64,000 nt of DNA. Origin: Octopus vulgaris (Eukaryota). Both the position numbers and the translations under genes were made by a program. The notes beneath the pieces were generated by a model. The model worked only from the letters and a program-made list of their open reading frames with translations. It was not told the origin of the DNA and made no database searches. The stretch covers positions 38,440,001-38,504,000 of the forward strand of contig OX597836.1 of NCBI GenBank assembly GCA_951406725.2, given 5' to 3'. This document shows positions 50,910 to 62,970 of the stretch, piece by piece (positions within the stretch are counted from its first letter, which is position 1; every line of letters starts with the position of its first letter).

Positions 50910-51437
50910 GCGCATTGTGACCAGCGATATGTAGCAACATCTGAGAGCCTGGTCGATCACGGTGATATATATTGTTTGTGTGGAGGAGGAGCAGGGTATA
51001 CATACATGTGCACATTTTAAAAATTCATATTCATATCGTTGTTTTGGAATAATCCAGCCTGGATCTTATTTTTCCAATGAAATTTCATAAACATATTAAA
51101 AAGATGCCAGTAAAAGAAACCTCTTTTAGATGTTTATTATTGAAACAGAAATATTTAGTGGTTCTATAATAAATGGAAGGAACTGATCCTCTGATGCACT
51201 TCTGCACAATTTTAACATACAAAAAAATCTAACACTATGGTAGAAGAAACTTGACTCAAGAGTCAAGCACTGAGTTGGAACATGAAGGCATGTATCTGTG
51301 AAACTAGCTTCTTAACCATGCTGCCATGCTTGACTTTCTCCTTAGGAGAGAGAAAATAAATCTTTTAATTTTTATACATGAAATAAAGTGAATTATTAAA
51401 ACATGATGCAAAATATATTAAATTTTTAGATTAAATT

Positions 51438-51845
51438 TACTCTTTTACTTGTTTCAGTCATTTTGACTGTGGCCATGCTGGAGCACCGCCTTTGGTCGAA
51501 CAAATTGACCCCTGGACTTATTCTTCGTAAGCCTAGTACTTATTCTATCGGTCTCTTTTGCCGAATCGCTAAGTTATGGGGGACATAAACACACCAGCAT
51601 CGGTTGTCAAGCGATGTTTGGGGGACAAACACAGACACACAAACATATACACACACATACATATATATACATATATATATATATATATACGACGGGATTC
51701 TTTCAGTTTCTGTCTACCAAATCTACTCACAAGGCTTTGGTCGGCCCAAAGCTATAGTAGAAGACATTTGCCCAAGATGCCATGCAGTGGAACTGAGCCC
51801 AGTGGTTCATAAGCAAGCTACTTACCACACAGCCACTCCTACGCC
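51438..51845 (-). mobile_element. SINE family A
   Basis: Full length. Confidence 0.85.
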
Positions 51846-53091
51846 AAATCTTAAACATTTATTTAGTTTCAATTAAGAAGTCATTGAAATGAATCCTTTA
51901 CACATCAACTGCATCAGTTGGTAAATTATATTGTAAATTACAAGCTTAAAATTACACTTTGAACATGAACCAGCTAATATAAAACATGTTGCAAATATTG
52001 TGTTGAAGCGGCTATTGCCTTGAGCTAATGAGAAAGCTTGTGAGTAGTTACTCTACCACCTAAAAAGAGCAGCTAAATTTCTTTCAAACACAATCTGTCC
52101 CTTTAAATTAATAAAAAAAATCCATTAGATAATTCAGTTTAATGAACCCAAAAAGGTGGGATCGCTATGGCTAGATTTGTGTTGACAATGGAATTAAACA
52201 GTGAGTAATAACAAAGAACAGTTTGACCACTTTCCAGATTTCTTATGAGCTTGTATATAATTATAGTACAGATGTCATGATTCCTGGATTATAAAAGGAT
52301 TGATTACAGTGTAGAAGCCAGAGGTGAACAAATGTAAAAATTTCTTATTTTTAGATTCTAAAATAGACTTTAGATTAGTAATTGGATTAATACATTGCCA
52401 AGTAAGAGAAGATTATGAATCTGACCTGATGTTAAAATATAACAGAATGTTCAATTTTACAATATGCTATCCAAAAAAGGTGAAACACTAAGAGGCCAAA
52501 TTGATTTTCAACATATCAAGCAATAACTCTACTGGGATTAATTCAAATATGAAAGGTGGTTTTGTTGATGATGATAATAATAACAATAATAATAATAATA
52601 ATAATAATAGTGGCAGCTGTATGCAATTTACTATATTAGATAGACAAATAGATGGAGGGAAAATGAAAGTGAATTCTGTTAATATTGAAATCAATTAAAA
52701 CAATCTCTAATATTTTCATATTTCAGTAATGATTTCCTGGGAATTTATCAAAGGAATAAAGAAAATAACAGCAACAGAATAGAGAAATAGGTTATATAAT
52801 CACCAGACAATATCCAACTTATAACAATAAAAACTAGAGATTTTCTAATTAATCAGAGAATATGTAAATAATTAATATGTTAAAGTGAAATATTACAAGT
52901 AATTGCTTTGATGGAAGTGGATTGTATTTCATGTCGTGTTCAATTTGGCAAACGAACTAAACTTTTTGGCGCAAAGTTTTGTAAAATTAATATGCAGTAG
53001 ATCCTCATCATTACCATACTACTTCCCATTATACATCCAATTCAGTCACAGAGATTCTATATAAATCACTAAAAGTATTAAACACATTAAA

Positions 53092-53575
53092 ATAATAATA
53101 ATAATAATAGAAATAATAATGAAATTATTGTATACAGTGCTCAGGTGCACCACAACTTGTCAAAAGTGTGTATAAAGCATATGCAGTAATGTACAAATGC
53201 CTGGAAAGCGAACAATGTATGAATCAGATACATGCTTGCGTGTGTATGGAGGGGAGAAAATCAGGTGTAGTGTTGGCAAATCTCAGGAAGCATGGAAGTT
53301 TTGAAGGATGCAGTGCTCCGACAACTAACAACTGATGCCGGCAGTTTGTTCTATGCTTCAGCAACACTTAGCTTGAAAAAAATGTTTCCGAAAGTCATGG
53401 GAGCTGTGCTGTTTTCTGACTTTGTAAACATGTCCATGGGTGTTAGACAGGTGGAGTTTGAAAAGGTGCTCAGAAATATAGTTAGTAAAGTGGTTAATAA
53501 TTTTATGGGTGTCTGCCAAGTCTGCTGCCAGACGTTGGAGTTTCAATGTATCCATGCCCAAAAAAGTAAGGTGTT
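53092..53575 (-). mobile_element. CR1/L2-type LINE 3' end with (ATT)n tail
   Basis: LKLQRLAADLADTHKII..LFKL..THGHVYKVRK..DFRKHFF, then VAEA*NKLPASVVSCRSTASFK. The 3' UTR end ctgagcactgtatacaataa also occurs at 48120 (+). Confidence 0.85.
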
Positions 53576-53889
53576 CATCTAAATCATTACCACTCAGATT
53601 TGAATAATTTTACAGAATGTCCAATTCCTAAGAAAATACATTCTTCACAGTGTGGTCACAGGTAAGAAACTAACCAATTGTTATTGTTGTTTAATGATGA
53701 TTACAACAGATCTCAACTCTTGAACTTGCAGATGAAGAGGGCTACATACGACGGACATGCAACAGAAGGCACCACCCAAACTTATAACTGGGTCAGTGGC
53801 AGTCTGTTGCAATTTTCTAACTGGATCCTGCATGTCTCATTCTTTATGCGCCACAGCGGAAGGTCATGAAACCAAGTGCATGGGTCACT

Positions 53890-54070
53890 TCCTGGTGGTG
53901 ATCCCTGCTGTACTCTTTCATCACAACTTTCTCTCACTCTTTCTTCTGTTGACCTGCTCGCTTAGCCAGCAGAGTGGCGTCATTTGAAGGCTAAAACGAT
54001 GCAAAGCGCATTGTGACCAGCGATGTGTAGCAACATCTGATAGCCTGGTCGGTCACGGTGATCACAGTGA
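53890..54070 (+). mobile_element. SINE family D, 5'-truncated
   Basis: gatccctgctgtactcttt..gcgcattgtgaccagcgatgtg..ggtcacggtgatcac followed by (TA)n. Confidence 0.8.
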
Positions 54071-54711
54071 TATATATAAAATACAAAATGGGACAAGAAC
54101 ACAAAACATCCAGATAGATGATACAAAGAAAACAAGGACGGAAAGAAACAAACAATATTACACAAATATAAATACAATAAAAAATTTTTTTAAATACAAT
54201 AAAAATAATATATATATATATATCTATAAGTGTGTTTTTGTACCTGTGTTTGTTACCCCCACCGTCACCACTTGACAACCAGTGTTGGTGTGTTTATGTC
54301 CCTGAAACTTTGCAGTTCAGTAAAAGTAATCAATAGAACAAGTATCAGTTGACTGATTTGATTAAAAGGTCTTCAAGGCAGTGCTCCAGCATGGCTGCAG
54401 TCTAATGACTGAAACAAGTAAAAGATAAAAGATGTGTTGCTGATTGATTTGTCTTGTCATATGGAACTAGATCCTTGGTGGTACAGAGAGAAGCAAGTAG
54501 AATATATAATGTTTCAGTCAACCTATAAAACCGTCTCCATTCAATTTCATGGTTTACCTTTAATTCCAGTCAGCTTTTGAATATTAAGAAGGGGTTTCAT
54601 TAGATATATGTCAGAAGAAGTGTTCAAGCAAGAATAAGCAATACATTCACACCGAATATGTACATATATTTAATATTTACTTACATACAAGCATTAAGAT
54701 TGTGTGTGTGT

Positions 54712-55052
<341 letters not shown>

Positions 55053-55656
55053 TTCACTTGGTCATAATCAAATGGACAGAAAGTGTCAGTTCCAACACAG
55101 TGCAAGCATCTGTGTCTTGAATCAAGCATTTTGATTAAAATGACTGATTGAAGATACAGGTGTTTACTGCTGGTCGAATCTGACACTTTTAACCAGTTTC
55201 GTTCCAGCTAACTGAATTAGATTATTATATTCTGCTTAAATTATTGCGTATCTTTCCTCCCACTTGCTCTCGTTAATGCGTAGGTCATACACACAGATTT
55301 ATACTTAATATAAGACAAGAAACTTCTCGTTAACCCTTTCCAATGGAATTTCATTGACCGGCTCGGCTAAACACACAACTACTCAACACTGGTGCCTGTA
55401 TGCATTTGCTTGACCAGTTAAATCACAAACAGTAACCAAATCACTTTTGAGTTACATTATTCTGTCTCATATATGAGAGACACACTAGATAAGGTAATCC
55501 TACATACCAAAATACAAGACAGCCAACCATCATGGCACCTTGAGCAAAGGTCTTCTACTATAGCCTCGGGCCAACCAAAGCCTAGTGAGTGGATTTGGTA
55601 AACAGAAACTGAAAGAAGCCCATTAAATATATATATATATATATATATGTATGTGT

Positions 55657-56420
55657 AAAGAAACAGTTTTAGAAAAAAAGCCATTGGTTTCATATCAGCG
55701 TGAACTAGACATATCTTCAGTTTCCCTAAACAATAACTGTTCTCTGCAAAGAATATTTTTTAAAAAACACAAGAATGCCAGTGATAGTTGAAGAAATATT
55801 CCTCTGAAAAAATTATGGCCAGGCAAGTTGTCTTCCTTTGCTTCATAGCTATGTTTTCCAATTTTGAAGTAAAAATTGCCGAAAATGTGGACAACTCCTC
55901 ATGGCTTCTGTCCTGGAGTTCAGGTAGCCTCCTGGCTCATGTGAGTTCATAAGGATTATATATTTTTCTGCCATAAACAATTTACATAGTCTTGTTCCAT
56001 TGCGATAGTGTCCACAAGTTTCTAATAATTTCCACCTTTTGTATTTGTATTGCAATTTTTAATTTTTCATTGTAAACTTTTTCAGTGTTCTCAGTTCTGT
56101 TAACTGCTAGGCATTCAGACAAGCATACTGGCACTGATGTAGCAACATTTGAAATATTGTCCAGATAAATCTAGCCGAAGAAGACTAATCAAATTTACGA
56201 TAACTAACATATTTGAAGAGTTCAAAACCTAGGTTCTAGATTATCTGATTCTGGGTTGTCCATTTACCTCATGTTCTTCCTGGGGGTAATAGGAAATTAT
56301 TTATGTTTGCTACCCTCACACGTCTTTGCCAGTAAGTACACAGCAAAGCTTTACCCTAGCATCGTAGATTTATCAACTGCTATTTCCAGTAAACATTGGT
56401 GCCTTGTTGTATCACAACTC
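55657..56420 (-). mobile_element. Penelope-like element remnant: GIY-YIG C-terminus plus 3' hammerhead, bounded by (TA)n
   Basis: ORF 55849-56055 RWKLLETCGHYRNGTRLCKLFMAEKYII..YLNSRTEAMRSCPHFRQFLLQN* matches the PLE end W.I....Y.NG...C.LC..EK..I...LN.R.E....C.H..FLL. Hammerhead-like motif downstream at 55667-55730. Confidence 0.8.
55667..55730 (-). ncRNA. Degenerate hammerhead motif in the PLE 3' UTR
   Basis: TTTAGGGAAA-CTGAAGA-tatgtctagttcacgctgatat-GAAA-CCAATGG-CTT-TTTTTCTAAA: 10-bp stem I and stem III CCA-A-TGG; stem II and cleavage triplet are imperfect. Confidence 0.55.
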
Positions 56421-56454
56421 TCTCTCTCTATATATATATATATATGTATATATC

Positions 56455-56733
56455 CCCGTGACCGACCAGACTATCAGATGTTGCTACACATCACTGGTCA
56501 CAATGCGCTTCGCATTGTTTTAGCCTTCAAATGATGCCACCCCGCTGGCTAAGCGAGCAGACCAACAGAAGAAAGAAGGAGAGAAAGTTGTGGCAAAAGA
56601 GTACAGCAGGGATCACCACCACCCCATGTGGGAGCCTCATGAAGCTTTAGGTATTTTCGCTCAATAAACACTCACAACGCCTGGTCTGGGAATCAAAACC
56701 GCGATCCGACAACTGCGAGTCCGCTGCCCTAAC
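56455..56733 (-). mobile_element. SINE family D
   Basis: Near full length, 3' end at (TA)n. Confidence 0.8.
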
Positions 56734-56752
56734 ACACACACACATTTCACCT

Positions 56753-56783
<31 letters not shown>

Positions 56784-57284
56784 TTATATATATGCATGTG
56801 TGTAAAAGTACATTTTACTGATATATACATACATTTGAAAAGCAATGGAAAACGAGTGCAGAACAAATATTGAAAACACCCCTTCAAAGGAAACTTTTCC
56901 ACTATTTGTTCTGTACTGAATTACAGCAACTCCCATATCATTCTCGCTATTAGAAATGCATTAAAATAGTGATTGATATATTTGAAATTTGCAACTTAAG
57001 ACACTATTGTTCACAAAATACAATAAAAACATATAAATAAGTAACAAAAATCAGCACATTATGATATATAATAACATATATTTACATTTTCATTCAAGTT
57101 ATTTACAGAAGGAGTACAATTCAGCCCATTGTCAACAGAAGTTACAATTTATATAGTTTGTATTTTGATGATTAATTATTATTAATATAGTGAGATATAT
57201 TCCTTTGATAATTAATTAATCTTCTCATCTGCATCTACATTTTCAGTTTTGTTTTGACTGTTTCGAAGAAAAAGGTTTCCTTAT

Positions 57285-58233
57285 TACTGCGTCGCCTTAC
57301 TAGCACTTGTGCTGGTGGCATGTGAAATATTCGAGCGAGGTCGTCGCCAGTGCCGCTGGACTGGCTCTGGTGCAGGTGGCATGTAAAAAGCACCACTTGG
57401 GCATCGCTGTTGCCAGTACCACCAAACTGGCCCTCGTGCCAGTGGCACATAAAAGCACCCACTACACTCTCGGAGTGGTTGGCGTTAAGAAGGGCATCCA
57501 GCTGTAGAAACTCTGCCAGATCAGATTGGAGTCTGGTTTGCCAGACCTCAGTCAAATCGTCCAACCCATGCTAGCATGGAAAGCGGACATTAAATGATGA
57601 TGATGATGATGTGTATCACATGGTGTGAAACTGAACCCACAAACTCACTGCACTCACTATAAGTTAGTACAATGCCTGAGATCAGTTATTAATGTGGCAC
57701 CAGCACAAATGCTTTTTCATGGCACAGGCACTCGTACCTGTGCTATGTAGAAGCACTCATTCCAGTGTCACACAAAAATCCTCCTCACATACCGTACAGT
57801 GGTTGATATTAGGGAAGGCATCCAGCTGTAAAAACCAAGCTAAATCAGACTGGAACCTGGTGGGACTCTCTACAGCTTGCCAGCTTTGGTCAAACCACAC
57901 CAGCATGGAAAACGGACATTAAGGGATGATGAAGATGATAGTGATGAAAACTATAGCCATGGATCATTACCAGCCTCACCTTACTGGCACGTGGAAAAAG
58001 TTCAAGCGAGGTTGTTGCCAGTACTGCCTGACTGGCCCCCGTGCCGGTGGCTTATATAAAAGCACCCACTACACTCTCGGAGTGATTGGCATTAGGAAGG
58101 GCATCCAGCTGTAGAAACTCTGCCAGGTCAAGACTGGAGCCTGGTGCAGCCATCTGGTTCGCCAGCCCACAGTCAAACCGTCCAACCCATGCTAGCATGG
58201 AAAGCGGATGTTAAACAACAATGATGATGATGA
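57285..58233 (+). mobile_element. Cluster of SINE family C copies (57285-57611, about 57690-57935 old, 57965-58233)
   Basis: Each ends in gga..ttaa..gatgat. Confidence 0.75.
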
Positions 58234-58844
58234 TTGTTACTGGCATGGATATATAGTTAGATATTAGCTTCCTAAAGACATGGATTTAAGTTCAGACCCA
58301 CTGTATGGCACCTTGCACAAATGTCTTTTACATTCGCCTCAGGTCAACCAAAGTCTTATGAGTGGACTTGGTATATAGAAACTAATAAAAGCCTGTTGTG
58401 TATATGTATATATGTGGTTTTATATGTATGTGTGAGTGTGTGCTTGTGAATGTAAGTATGTTACTGGCTTTGATATCATGTACATCACGGTTATGCAAAT
58501 GATGCCCTTCATTTCCAATTTTCCATGAAAGCATGTCCAGGTTTGAGGGAAATATTACCTTACTCGGAAACAGGTGAAGGTTGGCAACAGAAAGATCATC
58601 CGGCCATAGAAAATTTGCTACAACAAATTATGTGTGACCCATGCAAACATGGAAAAGTGGACATTATGATGATGATGATGATGATGATTACATCAATTCT
58701 GTGTTTTGATTGTTTTCCTCCCTAATGATAATCAGAGATCAAATTAATTGAAGTGCCTTGTAAATATCATCTCCTGTGATGAAGTTAAAGAAATTATAAT
58801 CTTATCATAAACTAGGTTTGTAATAGAAGAACTGACTGAGAATT

Positions 58845-59150
58845 TTGTTGTTGTTGTTGTTGCCGCTGCTTAGCCCAAGGTCAGTTTCGATCAAGCAGTC
58901 CTATGGCATATAATTAATGTAGTGGTGGTAGTTATTTAACCCAGGTCATTGCTGATCAAGAAGTCATATGGCCTGTAGGTAATATGCGGTTGTTATTCCC
59001 GTTTCTCTTGGTATTGTTTAGCTACCGTCACCTCCAGTGGTCATGGCTGATCATGTTAAGACGTGTAAGTAGTTGGAAGTTGCTTATGGTGTTGTTGTTG
59101 TTGCTGTTGTTATTGTTTAGCCTCCAGGTCAGTCCTATGACATGTGAGTA
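58845..59150. repeat. Degenerate tandem copies of the family F terminal segment (ttgttgtttagccccaggtcag..cctatg)
   Basis: About four diverged units, each starting with a (TTG)n/(TGG)n-like run then tta.c. Confidence 0.5.
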
Positions 59151-59637
59151 GTTGGTCAAACGATTATATGCAATTCACAAAAGGTGATTTTGACATTTGT
59201 AGAGGCACATGGCTTAGTGGTTAGGATGCTGGTCTAATGTTCATAAGATTGTGGTTTCGATTTCTGGACCGGGCGATACACTTCATTCCCCATTGTTCCA
59301 GTTTACTCAGCTGGTAAAAATGAGTAATCCTGCAACAGAATATAAACACCAAAGCCTTATCAGTGGATGTAGTGGACGGAAACTGAAAGAAGCCTGACAT
59401 GTTTATGTATATGTATGCACGTTTGTGTCTTTACGTCTGTGTTTGTCCCCTACCACCACTTGACAACAGGTGTTGGTGTGATTACATCCCAATAACTTAG
59501 TAGTTTGGCAAAAGAGACCAATAGTATAAGTACAAGGCTTAAAAAAAAAGAGTTCCAGGATTGATTTGTTTGATTTAAAAACCCTTCAAGGTGGTGCTCC
59601 AGTATAGCCACTGTCAAATGACTGAAATATGTAAAAG

Positions 59638-59695
<58 letters not shown>

Positions 59696-59715
59696 ATGTG
59701 TGAGTGTGTGTGTGT

Positions 59716-60054
59716 GAAGGTGCGTGGCTCAGTGGTTAGGCTGTCGAGCTTAAGATTGTGAGTCTGTGAGTTCGAATCCTGGACCGGGCTGCATGCTGTG
59801 TTCTTGAGCAAGACACTTTATTTCACATTGCTCCAGTTCACTCAGTTGTAGAAATGAGTTACGATGTCACATGCGCCAAGCCGCATTGGCCTCTTTGCCT
59901 TTCCCTTGGATAATGCTAGTGTGGTGGAGCGGGGAGGCTGGTATGCATGGGCGACTGCTGGTCTTCCATAAACAACCTTGCCTGGACTTGTGCCTGGGAG
60001 GGTAACTTTCTAGGTGCAATCCCATGGTCCGTCATGACCAAAGGGGGTCTCACC
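59716..60054 (+). mobile_element. SINE family E
   Basis: A-box tggctcagtgg, B-box gagttcgaatcc, gtgttcttgagcaagacactt and tail gtcatgaccaaagggggtct. Confidence 0.8.
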
Positions 60055-60602
60055 ATATATGTATAATATATAAATTGAAGATTGGTGTTTGTGATACTAT
60101 ATTTATTTCATAGTTAACAATTGCTTCAGCAATGTCATGGTGACTAATCTTGCATCATGTTTATAAACATGGCCGTTAAGAATGATCTGGTCGTATACAA
60201 TGTGCAGTTTATCTCCATAGCATCCATGCAAATTATATCATCAGAACAATTTATAAAAACAATACGCAGAAAAAAAAATCAGCTATTTCGCTTAATTACA
60301 GAACATTCAGCTCTAGTTATAGTGGGTGGTACTAAGATTAATAATCTTATTAAGTTAAATGACAAGAAAAAAAAAAATAAGACAATCAGCTCAGTTAAAC
60401 CTTGAGTACAGAATTCTCCAAGAGACTAAGCAGAGCTCCTGCTCTGTACTGGTCTGCTATTAATGGAATTGATCATTGGTAACTGTGTTACCAAAATATT
60501 TTCACATCACCATTTGTTTTAAGTATAACAGACTTAGTATCTACATATCAAAAGACAAATATTTTACTATATCCACCAATATATAAATATAAATATAAAT
60601 AA

Positions 60603-60647
<45 letters not shown>

Positions 60648-60648
<1 letters not shown>

Positions 60649-60923
60649 CGGAGGCGCAATGACCTAGTGGTTAGGGCAGTGGACTCGTGGTCGCAGGATC
60701 GCGGTTTCGATTCCCAGACCGGGCGTTGTGAATATTTATTGAGCGAAAACACCTAAAAGCTCTGGCAGGGGCTGGTGATCCCTGCTGTACTCTTTCACCA
60801 CTCTTTCTTCAGTTGGCCTGCTCACTTAGCCAGCGGGGTGGCATCATTCGAAGGCTAAAACAATGCGAACGCATTGTGACCAGCGATGTGTAACAGCATC
60901 TGATGGTCTGGTCGGTCACGTGA
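60648..60923 (+). mobile_element. SINE family D inserted in (TA)n
   Basis: A-box tgacctagtgg and B-box ggtttcgattccc; (TA)n on both sides. Confidence 0.85.
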
Positions 60924-60940
60924 TATATATATATATATAT

Positions 60941-61318
60941 ACAAATTTAAATTTAAAATGAGGGTGAGACATTAGATGTAATTTAATTAACATCGATTTC
61001 ACACCAGTGGTCTATGATATAAAAAGCCTGAAGGTTCAGTAAAATTCTATTATAAACATATTAGAAGGAAGCCACTATGTGGACACCCATATGCTAGAAA
61101 TAGATCTGCTATGGTCTTACCACTAAGAAATGTTCTCAAGAAAAATTTAGCAAAACAGCCAAAACGAAATCGGGCAAGACAAAAGAAGAAGCAATAAAAA
61201 TGTGGATTACGTTTTGGTTGTTTTGCTAAATTTTTCTTGAGAACATTTCTTAGAGGTAAGACCATAGCGGATCTATTTCTAGCATATGGGTGTCCACATA
61301 GTGGTTTCCCTCCAATAA

Positions 61319-61320
<2 letters not shown>
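60941..61320. mobile_element. Fold-back insertion in (TA)n with ~108-bp near-perfect arms and HDV-like motif
   Basis: 61064-61171 vs 61205-61313; one-sided extension 60941-61063. Confidence 0.85.
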
Positions 61321-61396
<76 letters not shown>

Positions 61397-61595
61397 TGAA
61401 TAATAAAAGCAGAGAAATGGTTAATTTAGTATTGATACAAAGGTAGTGTAAACATGGTACCACCAAGATTATGTAATGCATTATGCATTTCTCTCAGCTC
61501 ATAAAGTTTACCAAATAAACAAGCAACCAGTGACAAGCTGATTAATCAGCAAATCAGTAAATACATACAGACAGATGAGTGTGTGTGTGTGCATG

Positions 61596-61628
<33 letters not shown>

Positions 61629-61728
61629 CACACACACATATATATATACATACACACACACATATATATACATACACACACACATATATATACATACACA
61701 CACATATATATATATACATACCCATATA

Positions 61729-61776
<48 letters not shown>

Positions 61777-62174
61777 CAGGCTTCTTTCAGTTTCTCTCTG
61801 CCAAATCCACTCACAAAGCTTTGGTTGGCCTAAGGCTATAGTAGAAGACACTTGCCCAATGTGCCACGCAGTGAGACTGAACCCGGAACCATGTGGTTGG
61901 TAAGCAATTTTTTTGGTATTTCATGTATTTAATATACTTTGTATATTAACCTGACTAACTTGCATACCCTTACATTTACTTCTATCTATCTATCTAGCTA
62001 GCTATCTATCTATCTCAACACACACACACACATATATTGTGAGAGGTAGAGAATTTTACAATCAGCTCTGTTTTTATTTTGCAGAGATCTCACTTTTGAG
62101 GATTGTTCATTGCCAAACATTCTTCAATAACATCACTGATATATATATTGCCTTCTAACCTCAGAATATATTAC

Positions 62175-62403
62175 CTACAACCACTTCTTTTGCTCATACA
62201 CTTTATTCTCGATCTTGCTTTTATACACTGTCAGTGATTTCTGAACATTTCGGTTGAAGAATTCTTCATTCCTTTCAAGTAAGGGATCAGTCAACGAAAC
62301 ATCAGATTTCTTTTTCTTTCTCTGACATACAAGCTCATCTGAACTCACAAATTTCACTTTATAATTTCTGCTGACACAGTTCACCAATTTCCTTGGATTC
62401 TTC
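62175..62403 (-). CDS. Candidate coding exon of unknown function ending in a stop codon
   Basis: Non-repetitive open frame KNPRKLVNCVSRNYKVKF...PLLERNEEFFNRNVQKSLTVYKSKIENKVYEQKKWL*, preceded by caacag and followed by GTAATA. No family recognised and no good polypyrimidine tract. Confidence 0.3.
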
Positions 62404-62970
62404 TGTTGTACACACACACAGACATACACACATAATTTCTGTTAGACTATATCAGTTAATGAGAGTTACTATACATATTATGTATGTTCCATCTCCGTTT
62501 AATAGTCGTGACTGGATGTATATCTTAGTTAATCTAATGGATAATGGATATTTGATATTCAAGAGTCTATTTCTATTAATGGCATATTTCTTGCGTCAAG
62601 TAAAGTATCAAAGATATCCTCAAAATTGGACAGGATTTATTTTCACCAATAAAGCTGTTTACAAATAAGAAATATGTCATCTACAGAATACATGCCAAAG
62701 AAACATACATCCGCTAAATTCCTGGTGGTGTTGGTGGTGGTCGTCACTGTACCTACATATGCCGGGATTTTGCCGTATAGGAAAGGTCATCAGAAAAGAT
62801 AGAGAGGATGTGAGAGAGCAATGCTATATGTCAGAACATCTTTCAGATGTTGTAGACTCCAATCAATAAAATATTCTGTAGATGTATTGAGAGAGATAAA
62901 TTACATAATATCATATATAATTGAAAGTATTCATGAAAATAACTTACTAAAGGTGAAATGGGTTAACGTT

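Noticed and set aside
59716-59790. tRNA gene
   Set aside because: It is a tRNA-derived SINE head that continues into the SINE body with no proper acceptor stem or terminator; the same applies to the other SINE heads.
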